Made by a program: the position numbers and the translations under genes. Below the pieces are notes generated by a model. The model was not told the origin of the DNA, did no database searches, and saw only the letters and a list, made by a program, of their open reading frames with translations. A DNA stretch of 64,000 nt from a virus (lineage: Duplodnaviria > Heunggongvirae > Uroviricota > Caudoviricetes): IMG/VR virus record IMGVR_UViG_3300020048_000033, positions 21,156-85,155 of that record. One strand, written 5' to 3'. How positions within the stretch are numbered: the stretch's first letter is position 1; every line of letters starts with the position of its first letter. Positions 56,990 to 64,000 of this stretch are shown piece by piece.

Positions 56990-58528
56990 ATGAGAAGTAA
57001 GAGAGACAGGAGTTCTAAACAGCAATTAGGGCAGTTTATGACTCCTGATGTCTTAGCTACAAGTTTGATAGCTTCAATAGACATAAAGAAATACCAGAAA
57101 ATATTAGAGCCTAGCTTTGGAGAAGGCTCTTTTATTTTTGCCCTTATTGAAAAATTGTGTCCTTCTGTTTATTCAAGTGTCGATGAACTATTTGAGTATC
57201 TGTATGGAGTAGAACTTGACACGGAACTTTACAACAAGTTTTGTGCAAAGATTATTGATAAATATGGAAAGCTTCCTAAAGTTTTTAATTTTTTCAATTC
57301 AGACTTTTTTGATGTAGAGTTTTCCGACATAGACTTGGTTATAGGAAATCCTCCTTTCGGCGGTACAGTAAGTCCCGATATCAATAAAGAAGATCAACTG
57401 GATAATAAATATGGAAAAAGACATGGGCTTAAAATAAAAAAAGAGACTTACAGTTTTTTTTGTCTAAAGTGCATTGAGTCTTTAACTCCTACAGGTAAAT
57501 TATTTTTTATCTGTTCTGATACCTTCCTAACCGTAGCAACCCACAAGGGTTTACGTAATTATTTTATGGTGGAAGGGTTCATAGACATTAAACAATTGTC
57601 TTACTTTTCAACTGAAACTGATTATGGAATGGTTTGGTTAAACTTTAATCGAGGCGAACAAAAAGACTCAGTAATAATTAATGAGATTTCCGTTTCACTT
57701 AAAAGCATTTATTCTACTCCCAACTTGAGCTATTCAACCTCAGATTTAATAAAGTATTTTAATTCTGATTTGTTATCAAAATATCTTATATGTTCCAGTG
57801 GAATGACTATCGGAGATAACGCACTTTTTCTAAAACATAATGTTGATGGAAAGATAAACGAACAATATGAGTATGAGGTTGTGTTAGAACCTACTACCTT
57901 AGATGAAGAGATGTATAAATCAAGAACGGGTAAACTCAGTTCTGGAATTCTAAAGTCTATCTCTGACCAAGTTCCTGTCAAAAAACTTAAAGTTCTTGGG
58001 ACTGAAAAGATAATTACTTTACCACATCCTGATTATTTCCCCTATAATAAAATGGGTAAAGAATCTGGTGTAGTTGTAAACCCTACTACCTACATCTATT
58101 GGAAGGATGATGGTGATGCCGTTAAGACTTTTAAGAGAAATGGTAAATGGTATCTTCATGGCATTGGTGGAGAAAAGTTTTTCAAACGAGAGGGTTTGAC
58201 TTGGAATCTTATTTCAAGTAAGTTTGAGATTAAATATTTACCTGAGGGATTTATTTTGGATTCTGGTAGACCTTGTGCTTTCTTGAAAAGTGGTGTACCT
58301 AAGGATGAAATCTATTATATTTTTGCTTGGCTTAGTTCTGATTTGTGTAGGAAAATACTCAAAGAGGTTATAAACCATACAAGAAATATTCAGTCAAAAG
58401 ATATAGAAAGACTTCCCTATATTGTAAGTCCTTCTAAGCAAGAAATTATTGATAAAACCAAACAATTGTTTTCTGGATTACTTGAACAAAAAGATTATTT
58501 CATATACATTAATGAAACCTTTTACTGA
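56990..58528 (+). CDS. N6-adenine DNA methyltransferase (gamma-class, Eco57I/TaqI-like), no partner endonuclease evident
   Basis: LGQFMTP (FxTP), motif I PSFGEGSF, motif IV VIGNPPFGG (NPPF). 512 aa. Confidence 0.65.
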   Translation: MRSKRDRSSKQQLGQFMTPDVLATSLIASIDIKKYQKILEPSFGEGSFIFALIEKLCPSVYSSVDELFEYLYGVELDTELYNKFCAKIIDKYGKLPKVFNFFNSDFFDVEFSDIDLVIGNPPFGGTVSPDINKEDQLDNKYGKRHGLKIKKETYSFFCLKCIESLTPTGKLFFICSDTFLTVATHKGLRNYFMVEGFIDIKQLSYFSTETDYGMVWLNFNRGEQKDSVIINEISVSLKSIYSTPNLSYSTSDLIKYFNSDLLSKYLICSSGMTIGDNALFLKHNVDGKINEQYEYEVVLEPTTLDEEMYKSRTGKLSSGILKSISDQVPVKKLKVLGTEKIITLPHPDYFPYNKMGKESGVVVNPTTYIYWKDDGDAVKTFKRNGKWYLHGIGGEKFFKREGLTWNLISSKFEIKYLPEGFILDSGRPCAFLKSGVPKDEIYYIFAWLSSDLCRKILKEVINHTRNIQSKDIERLPYIVSPSKQEIIDKTKQLFSGLLEQKDYFIYINETFY

Positions 58529-58576
58529 CCGTTTTAACGCCTTTTATTCTAGACTTAGATAAAAATAATTCGTATA

Positions 58577-58620
58577 AAAGTTTTGAACTTTTCCTGAAAA
58601 TCCTATATATTATATAGGTA
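58577..58620 (+). promoter_or_regulatory. class A promoter-like motif, copy 7
   Basis: AATTCGTATAAAAGTTTTGAACTTTTCCTGAAAATCCTATATATTATATA. Confidence 0.5.
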
Positions 58621-58634
58621 AACAGGAAAACACT

Positions 58635-59231
58635 TTGGGGAGATTACAAATGTATGCAGTCTATGAACTTAAAATAAGGTCCATTGCTTTTGAAAAGTCG
58701 CAAACTACCTACCATAACTCAAAAGAGCTTATGGACAAGTATATAGCCTACTTTTGTAAACAGATAAAGGTAATTTCGTTTGATATCATTGAAGTAAGCA
58801 AAGAACTTATGGAGTTGGTATCTCAGGAAGGCTCGATAACTCTTGAGCAGTTAAATGAAATTCAATCAAAGAGGTATTCCTATTTGGTTGGAACTCTGAT
58901 GAATAAGGAACTCCTTGGACTTCCAATTATCTATGCAGGGGAGTTAAAAGCCCCAAACATTTTTCTGGCAGTAAAGTCATATTATTCTCCATCAAAAGAG
59001 GGAGAAGAGGCTTATCTAAGTTATACTCCTTTTGATATTGAACCCATCACGTTAAATCTAGGGGGTTTACTTAATAAAGCTTATAATCGGATATTTTGTC
59101 CTTTTTCAGACTTCGAATATATGATTGACTATTGCAAGAATGACTGGGATACGAGAATAGCTTTTCAACAGGCTAGAGGAAATATATTTGATAAACTTAA
59201 TCCTTGGGTTTTCCCTTTGACTACTAAATAA
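58635..59231 (+). CDS. hypothetical protein
   Basis: 198-aa ORF. Followed by inverted repeat TTGATGATGAT...ATCATCATCAA at 59250-59297. Confidence 0.4.
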   Translation: MGRLQMYAVYELKIRSIAFEKSQTTYHNSKELMDKYIAYFCKQIKVISFDIIEVSKELMELVSQEGSITLEQLNEIQSKRYSYLVGTLMNKELLGLPIIYAGELKAPNIFLAVKSYYSPSKEGEEAYLSYTPFDIEPITLNLGGLLNKAYNRIFCPFSDFEYMIDYCKNDWDTRIAFQQARGNIFDKLNPWVFPLTTK

Positions 59232-59702
59232 GCAAGTTCACTCTCTACAGTTGATGATGATGGTATCCCCTCCCTCCCATATTGTCATCATCAACTGTTT
59301 TTTAAGAAACCTTTATTCAAAAACCTAACTGGAGCTGTAAATGAAAATGTATCTATTTTTTATTATCCTATCTGTAGGATTCCTGTTTATCGAAGATATT
59401 ACCAAGATATCACCAATCGAATTCACCTCAGAATATGTTCTCTTTGTTGAAAGAAAATACGTTCTAATCTAAAAGTATTGTTAATATAATTGTATATCAT
59501 TCCAATGTAATGTTGGGTTGAAATAGTGTTCGCAATTCTCGCCCAGTTAAGTTTGGACGATTGAGCACAAAATAATACTACACCAGTCCTAGGAAACCTG
59601 TAGTTGCTTGTGGAAAGAGACAAATACGTTCGGAGTAATTGCCAAACTAATAGTTTCAAGAAGGATGTTAAAATCCGACCTCAGCGTAGTTGCGAATTAT
59701 TG

Positions 59703-59775
59703 CGAGGGTAGCTCAGTTGGTTAGAGCAGAAATCTTATAAGTTTAAGGTCGATGGTTCAATTCCATCCTCTCGCA
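59703..59775 (+). tRNA. tRNA with anticodon UAU (Ile-type), anticodon region contains palindrome CTTATAAG
   Basis: Acceptor GCGAGGG/CTCTCGC, D-arm GCTCAGTTGGTTAGAGC, loop CTTATAA, T-arm GATGG-TTCAATT-CCATC. Anticodon stem has only 4 of 5 pairs. Confidence 0.5.
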
Positions 59776-59964
59776 TCAGGTGTTTTGCAGTATCAAATAA
59801 CTGCACGAGTTTCCCTGCGAAGTTGGACGGGTTCTTTAAGATGTTTTCGTTGTCGTTAGGAAGGAAAACTCACTAAGCCGATTATTCAGAGTCTTTGCAA
59901 GGACTAGCTTAAAAGAGTTTAGGATATTGGTAGCAGTAGATACTGAGTCGAGACTATCACTGAT

Positions 59965-60036
59965 GCGCTTATCATATAGCGGATATTATGTCGGTTTACG
60001 AAACCGATCACGTTGGTTCGATTCCAGCTAGGCGCA
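59965..60036 (+). tRNA. tRNA-Arg (anticodon ACG)
   Basis: Acceptor GCGCTTA/TAGGCGC, anticodon stem TCGGT/ACCGA with loop TTACGAA, T-arm GTTGG-TTCGATT-CCAGC. Confidence 0.6.
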
Positions 60037-60060
60037 ATTTCAAAAAGGAGTTTCTTGAAC

Positions 60061-60465
60061 ATGATCAAACAGGTACTAATTGTAAACAAGAAATTGGGTA
60101 TGGGGCGTGGAAAAGTTGGGTCACAATGCGGTCACGGAGCAACAAAAGTTTTTTTCGACCGAGGAACTATCACAGAAGTAAAGGATAATGTAGAAGCACC
60201 TTACATGATGCACATTCCTCTTACCAAAGAAATGCACGAATGGGTTAAGGGTATTTTTACCAAAATTGTTTTGTATGTAAACTCCGATGAAGAACTTCGT
60301 GAATTGAAAAGACGGGCTGATGAAATGGGGATTGTAAATGCTATCATTGAGGATTGTGGTCTTACTGCATTTCATGGTATACCTACAAGAACTGTTCTTG
60401 CAATTGGCCCAGACAATGCAACTAGGATTGATTCGTTGACCAGTGGACTTCCACTTCTCAACTAA
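60061..60465 (+). CDS. peptidyl-tRNA hydrolase, PTH2 family
   Basis: GMGRGKVGSQCGHGA matches the PTH2 G-M-G-K-G-K-I-A-A-Q-C-S-H-A active-site motif. C-terminal TVLAIGPDNATRIDSLTSGLPL matches the PTH2 end. Start placed at MIKQVLIV, because the longer ORF overlaps the tRNA-Arg. Confidence 0.6.
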   Translation: MIKQVLIVNKKLGMGRGKVGSQCGHGATKVFFDRGTITEVKDNVEAPYMMHIPLTKEMHEWVKGIFTKIVLYVNSDEELRELKRRADEMGIVNAIIEDCGLTAFHGIPTRTVLAIGPDNATRIDSLTSGLPLLN

Positions 60466-60482
60466 TTATATTTAAGTAAGAT

Positions 60483-60554
60483 GGGTTTATAATTTAACGG
60501 ATAGAATATCTGTCTTCTAAACAGAGTATCTGGGTTCGATTCCCGGTAGACCCA
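60483..60554 (+). tRNA. tRNA-Arg (anticodon UCU)
   Basis: Acceptor GGGTTTA/TAGACCC, anticodon stem TCTGT/ACAGA with loop CTTCTAA, T-arm CTGGG-TTCGATT-CCCGG. Confidence 0.75.
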
Positions 60555-60687
60555 ATAGTATTTGTAGGACATATGGTTGATGCCATTTGATTAGAAAAAT
60601 AACCTTTCTATTCTAACTACTTATACTAATTATTTATCTTTCGTTGCATCAACAACGAAGTAAATCTAAAGGTAAAAGAAGGTTATT

Positions 60688-61752
60688 ATGGAAAAGTTTA
60701 AGGAATGGAAATGTATTCAATGTAATGAAATTTTTAAAACAAGACTCCTATTACAAAATCATAAGAGAGTAATTCATAATGTATCAAGGTCTAAAAAGGG
60801 TGGATGGAAATGTAGTAAGTGTAATGAGATTCTTAAAACAAGAGTTTCCTTAAAAACCCATAAGAGACTATCACATGGCATAATTACAACTATTGGATAT
60901 CAGGAACAAGAAACGAAATTGTATAAGTGTAAGTTTTGTAATAGGGAAAAGCTTACCAAAATAAGTGGAAATACCTTCCATGAAAACTCCTGTAAATTAA
61001 ATATAAATAGAGAAGAAAGAATAGGAAGAAAACATTTAATAGAGACTAAACAAAAGATTTCTAATGGCATGATACTAGCTCATAAAGAGGGTAGGGCTTG
61101 TGAATGGACAAGAAGTATATCTCATTTTAATAAAAGCTATGCAGAACAGATGTTTGAAAAAATAATTTTAAATGAGTTTACTGACAAAGACTATAAGACT
61201 GAACTTCATTGTGGAAGATATTGGATTGATTTTGCGTGGACTCACAAAATGTTTGCCATAGAAATAGATGGAAAACAGCATTTAGAGAGCAAAGCTAAGG
61301 AACATGACCTTGAACGTGATCTTTTTTTAACTGAACAAGGTTGGACGATTATTAGAATTTTGTGGACAGACTTTTTTAATAATACTGCTTTTTATATAAG
61401 TAGTTTAAATGATGCTATTAATAAAGCAGAAATCAGTTCTCAACTTAAAGTTTCATTAGAAAGTGCATATAGAATAAAAGAAGAAAACCTTCTAAGAAGG
61501 GAAGAAATGATTAAAAAGGGGCAAATAGATTCTATAGGAAGGGTAAGTAAGTCAATATTGTCAAGTTCTACTATTGAGTCCAAAATAAAGGCTTTGTTAG
61601 ATTCTGATATAGATTTTACTAAGTGGGGTTGGGTAGTAAAAACCTCTAGAATATTAGGCGTTTCCAGTACTCAAGTAACTAAATTTATGAAGAAAAATAT
61701 GAAAGATTTTTATGAAAATAAATGTTTCCACAGAAGACGTGAAATAAGGTAA
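60688..61752 (+). CDS. homing-endonuclease-like protein: N-terminal C2H2 zinc fingers + DUF559/PD-(D/E)xK nuclease + C-terminal domain shared with ORF 23389
   Basis: WKCIQCNEIFKTRLLLQNHKRVIH and WKCSKCNEILKTRVSLKTHKRLSH (C2H2). RYWIDFAWTHKMFAIEIDGKQH (DUF559-like). C-terminal DIDFTKWGWVVKTSRILGVSSTQVTKFMKKNMKDFYENKCFHRR parallels ORF 23389. Confidence 0.5.
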   Translation: MEKFKEWKCIQCNEIFKTRLLLQNHKRVIHNVSRSKKGGWKCSKCNEILKTRVSLKTHKRLSHGIITTIGYQEQETKLYKCKFCNREKLTKISGNTFHENSCKLNINREERIGRKHLIETKQKISNGMILAHKEGRACEWTRSISHFNKSYAEQMFEKIILNEFTDKDYKTELHCGRYWIDFAWTHKMFAIEIDGKQHLESKAKEHDLERDLFLTEQGWTIIRILWTDFFNNTAFYISSLNDAINKAEISSQLKVSLESAYRIKEENLLRREEMIKKGQIDSIGRVSKSILSSSTIESKIKALLDSDIDFTKWGWVVKTSRILGVSSTQVTKFMKKNMKDFYENKCFHRRREIR

Positions 61753-61946
61753 AGTATGTACAATAAAAGAATTGTTGACGATCTTAAAAGGGTTTTTCCT
61801 AGGATGACTTTTAGGAATGAAGGTTTTCAAGATGATAATCTGAATGACTATTATCCCCCTGAGGATTTTGATTGGGAGAGTTTTATAACTCTTATGGATA
61901 AACAAGGTTTTGAAATAAAACGAAATTAGTTTAGGAGATTAACTGA

Positions 61947-62309
61947 ATGAGCTTATATGAAGAATTAACCTTAGCTCGAACTAAGGAAACTGCTAGTTAC
62001 AGTGAAAATTTACTTTCATATACGGCTTCAATAATGAAAGACTTATTTGAGAAGTCCCTTAAGAAAACTATTAGTGAAGTAAACCATACTAAATCAAGGT
62101 TTGCAACATGTGAAGTTATGATTACAAAAGACATAATGAGGGACATTAGAAAGTATAGAAATGTTGCTACAACAAATCAGGATTTTTCGGATATTATTTT
62201 ACTGGCAAGTACACGATTGATTGTTTCTTTTGGATTTGTCCCTGAGTCCTATTATATTTATGTATCATTAAATAGTAGAGACTCTGCCAGAGTAACAATA
62301 ACAATTTAA
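61947..62309 (+). CDS. hypothetical protein
   Basis: 120-aa ORF. Confidence 0.35.
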   Translation: MSLYEELTLARTKETASYSENLLSYTASIMKDLFEKSLKKTISEVNHTKSRFATCEVMITKDIMRDIRKYRNVATTNQDFSDIILLASTRLIVSFGFVPESYYIYVSLNSRDSARVTITI

Positions 62310-62493
62310 GGAAGATGAGATGGAACATGTTTTTGAGTATCATGAGAAGTCCTTAGTTGGATTACTAACGAGATACAATAGAATGAGTAATGAAGAATAT
62401 GAGAGAATATTTAATAATGCCTTGGATTATCATCCAACAAAATCTATTGTCCAGAATAAAGAAAAAAGAAAGGTTGTGAAAACAAAATAACTT

Positions 62494-62576
62494 TGCGGTG
62501 TCGTCTAGGGGTTATGACAGCGGTTTTTGAAACCGTGGAACGAAAGTTCTCGAAGGTTCAAATCCTTCCACCGCAT
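62494..62576 (+). tRNA. class II tRNA (long variable arm GGAACGAAAGTTCTC) with anticodon UUG
   Basis: Acceptor TGCGGTG/CACCGCA perfect, anticodon stem GCGGT/ACCGT with loop TTTTGAA, T-arm GAAGG-TTCAAAT-CCTTC. UUG is normally a class I tRNA-Gln anticodon. Confidence 0.5.
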
Positions 62577-62627
62577 TAAATCTCTTTAGTGAACTAATTG
62601 TTTTATTAGAAAAAAGACTTAATACTT

Positions 62628-62698
62628 TCGGATGTATTTTAACGGTAGAAAAGTGGGTTTTGATCCCACCAGTGAGGGTTCGATTCCTTCCATCCGAG
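62628..62698 (+). tRNA. tRNA-Gln (anticodon UUG), class I
   Basis: Acceptor TCGGATG/CATCCGA perfect, D-arm TTTTAACGGTAGAAAA, anticodon stem GTGGG/CCCAC with loop TTTTGAT, T-arm GAGGG-TTCGATT-CCTTC. Confidence 0.7.
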
Positions 62699-62749
62699 TA
62701 CAAAAATTCCTTATATCCCTTTATAAGGTGGAAAGAAATAGGAGATAGG

Positions 62750-63223
62750 ATGTGGGTAAAAAGATTATTTTTATTTTTTGTATGTGTATGCTGTTTTTTT
62801 CCTGTAAGACCACAGGAAAACCTACAGAAAGCAGTAACACTATTGGACAGAGCGGAGAAGCTATCACTCCAATTGAAGTTCGAGTTGCAGAACCTCAAGT
62901 GGAAAGTGAAGGATCTGGAATTGAAATTGAAGCAACAGATAGAATTGAGGTCACAAGAAAGGAATCAACACCTTTTGGAAATGGAACAAGTGAAGAATCA
63001 ATTGACGAACTCATCAGACTTATCAGAGAAGCTAGAGACGAAATCTCAGCAAGTATTTCTGGAACTTCAGATAGCTAACAAAGAAAAATTGAATGCAGAA
63101 GTCATAAGTAACTTGTACCTTCAGCTTCTACTTATAAGTGTTGTTGTGACAATAATTTCTATCCTATTAGGAATAGTTTTAATAAGACAAAAAAATAATT
63201 TGAAAATAAATCCCCAGTTTTAA
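62750..63223 (+). CDS. hypothetical secreted/membrane coiled-coil protein
   Basis: ATG at 62750 gives signal-like MWVKRLFLFFVCVCCFFPV, a long coiled coil and a C-terminal TM helix. Followed by hairpin CCCCAGTTTTAAACTGGGG (63215-63237). Chosen over the overlapping GTG-initiated alternative frame 62752-63078. Confidence 0.35.
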   Translation: MWVKRLFLFFVCVCCFFPVRPQENLQKAVTLLDRAEKLSLQLKFELQNLKWKVKDLELKLKQQIELRSQERNQHLLEMEQVKNQLTNSSDLSEKLETKSQQVFLELQIANKEKLNAEVISNLYLQLLLISVVVTIISILLGIVLIRQKNNLKINPQF

Positions 63224-63249
63224 ACTGGGGTTCTTCATAAGGTATCTAC

Positions 63250-63756
63250 ATGAATACAACCCCAGTTAAGTCTAAAAAAGCAACTAAGCCTAAATATGAG
63301 TTTAAGGTTAAATTAGACCACTATGAAAGCTATTTTAATGTATACATATATGAGAATCGTCAATCTATTGCAAAAGGTATTATCAACTATTGTAGAAATA
63401 TATTAGGTGAGAAAAGTTTTAACTTAGAGGGCGAAATATATGGAATTGTTTTAGGTATTCCTGCGGTTAAGGGGAAGGATGATTTTGGTCTTTATCGGTC
63501 TGATTGTTTTGCCTCAATGTTTCTGAATGAGGAAGACCTTGATGTATATACCATATTTCATGAATGTTTACATACAGCACTTATGAATGAGAGTAAGATT
63601 TTAAGATTTGATTGTCAGTATATTGATGAGAATAATTCCTTTTTTGGCGAGAATGATGAAGAGAGACTCACCTATAAACAGAATGATTATGCAATGAAAA
63701 TTATTGATTTTCTTTTAGATAAGGGGATTAATGTCTCTCTGAAACGAAACTACTAA
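63250..63756 (+). CDS. hypothetical protein with HExxH motif (possible zinc metallopeptidase)
   Basis: FHECLHTALMNE. Confidence 0.35.
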   Translation: MNTTPVKSKKATKPKYEFKVKLDHYESYFNVYIYENRQSIAKGIINYCRNILGEKSFNLEGEIYGIVLGIPAVKGKDDFGLYRSDCFASMFLNEEDLDVYTIFHECLHTALMNESKILRFDCQYIDENNSFFGENDEERLTYKQNDYAMKIIDFLLDKGINVSLKRNY

Positions 63757-64000
63757 TTGTATTGAGTAGAAGCATGTAACATTCATGTCGGGTTTCCTCA
63801 CATAGATTAGAGCATACTGTAGGTGAAACTCCTGCACCATAAGCCGTTCTAACTGCTATAGGCATAGGCTGAGTTGGTCACTATGGTCCGTTAGCAATTG
63901 AAGGTATCCAATCCTTCCTACTCATTTATTAAAAAATTTCAGAATTAAGTTTAATTATTTTTCTATTTAAAATTTCAATTTTCTCATAAACTTTTTTTAA

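Noticed and set aside
59423-60188. ORFs 59423-59659(-) and 59988-60188(+), and the 5' extension of ORF 60013-60465
   Set aside because: They overlap tRNA genes at 59703-59775 and 59965-60036. The PTH2 gene was trimmed to start at 60061.
62752-63078. GTG-initiated ORF 62752-63078 (lipoprotein-like MGKKIIFIFCMCMLFFSC)
   Set aside because: It overlaps, in another frame, the ATG-initiated ORF 62750-63223, which has a signal peptide, a coiled coil and a C-terminal TM helix, and is followed by a hairpin. Only one can be real and the latter was preferred. The call is uncertain.

Overview
Low-GC, gene-dense window with the hallmarks of a large (jumbo-type) bacteriophage genome. Genes are almost all on the + strand and are short. 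There are many free-standing homing-endonuclease genes (HNH, GIY-YIG, DUF559/PD-(D/E)xK), more than 25 tRNA or tRNA-like genes in several clusters, and two recurring phage promoter motifs.

The outstanding feature is a complete but adaptation-less type I-C CRISPR-Cas locus: cas3-cas5c-cas8c-cas7c (42854-49191) followed directly by a 23-repeat array (49390-50956). No cas1, cas2 or cas4 lies within several kb on either side. The array has an unusual architecture. A promoter-bearing variant repeat is inserted into repeat 17. Repeat variants carry compensatory stem mutations. Two promoter-driven mini-arrays sit at the distal end. Three solitary promoter+variant-repeat units are scattered elsewhere (38.5 kb, 53.3 kb, 54.5 kb).

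Other notable content:
- an amber-suppressor-type tRNA (anticodon CUA);
- many non-canonical tRNA-like genes, some carrying a recurrent ACAGCGAGTAA insertion motif;
- a Ro60/TROVE-like DUF2828-vWA protein;
- two PTH2-type peptidyl-tRNA hydrolases, one invaded at its 5' end by a GIY-YIG endonuclease gene;
- a PARP-like ADP-ribosyltransferase next to an NMN adenylyltransferase;
- a TnpB-only IS200/IS605-like element;
- a DinG/XPD-like helicase, a DnaQ-like exonuclease, an MBL-fold hydrolase, a SprT-like metalloprotease and an orphan N6-adenine DNA methyltransferase.
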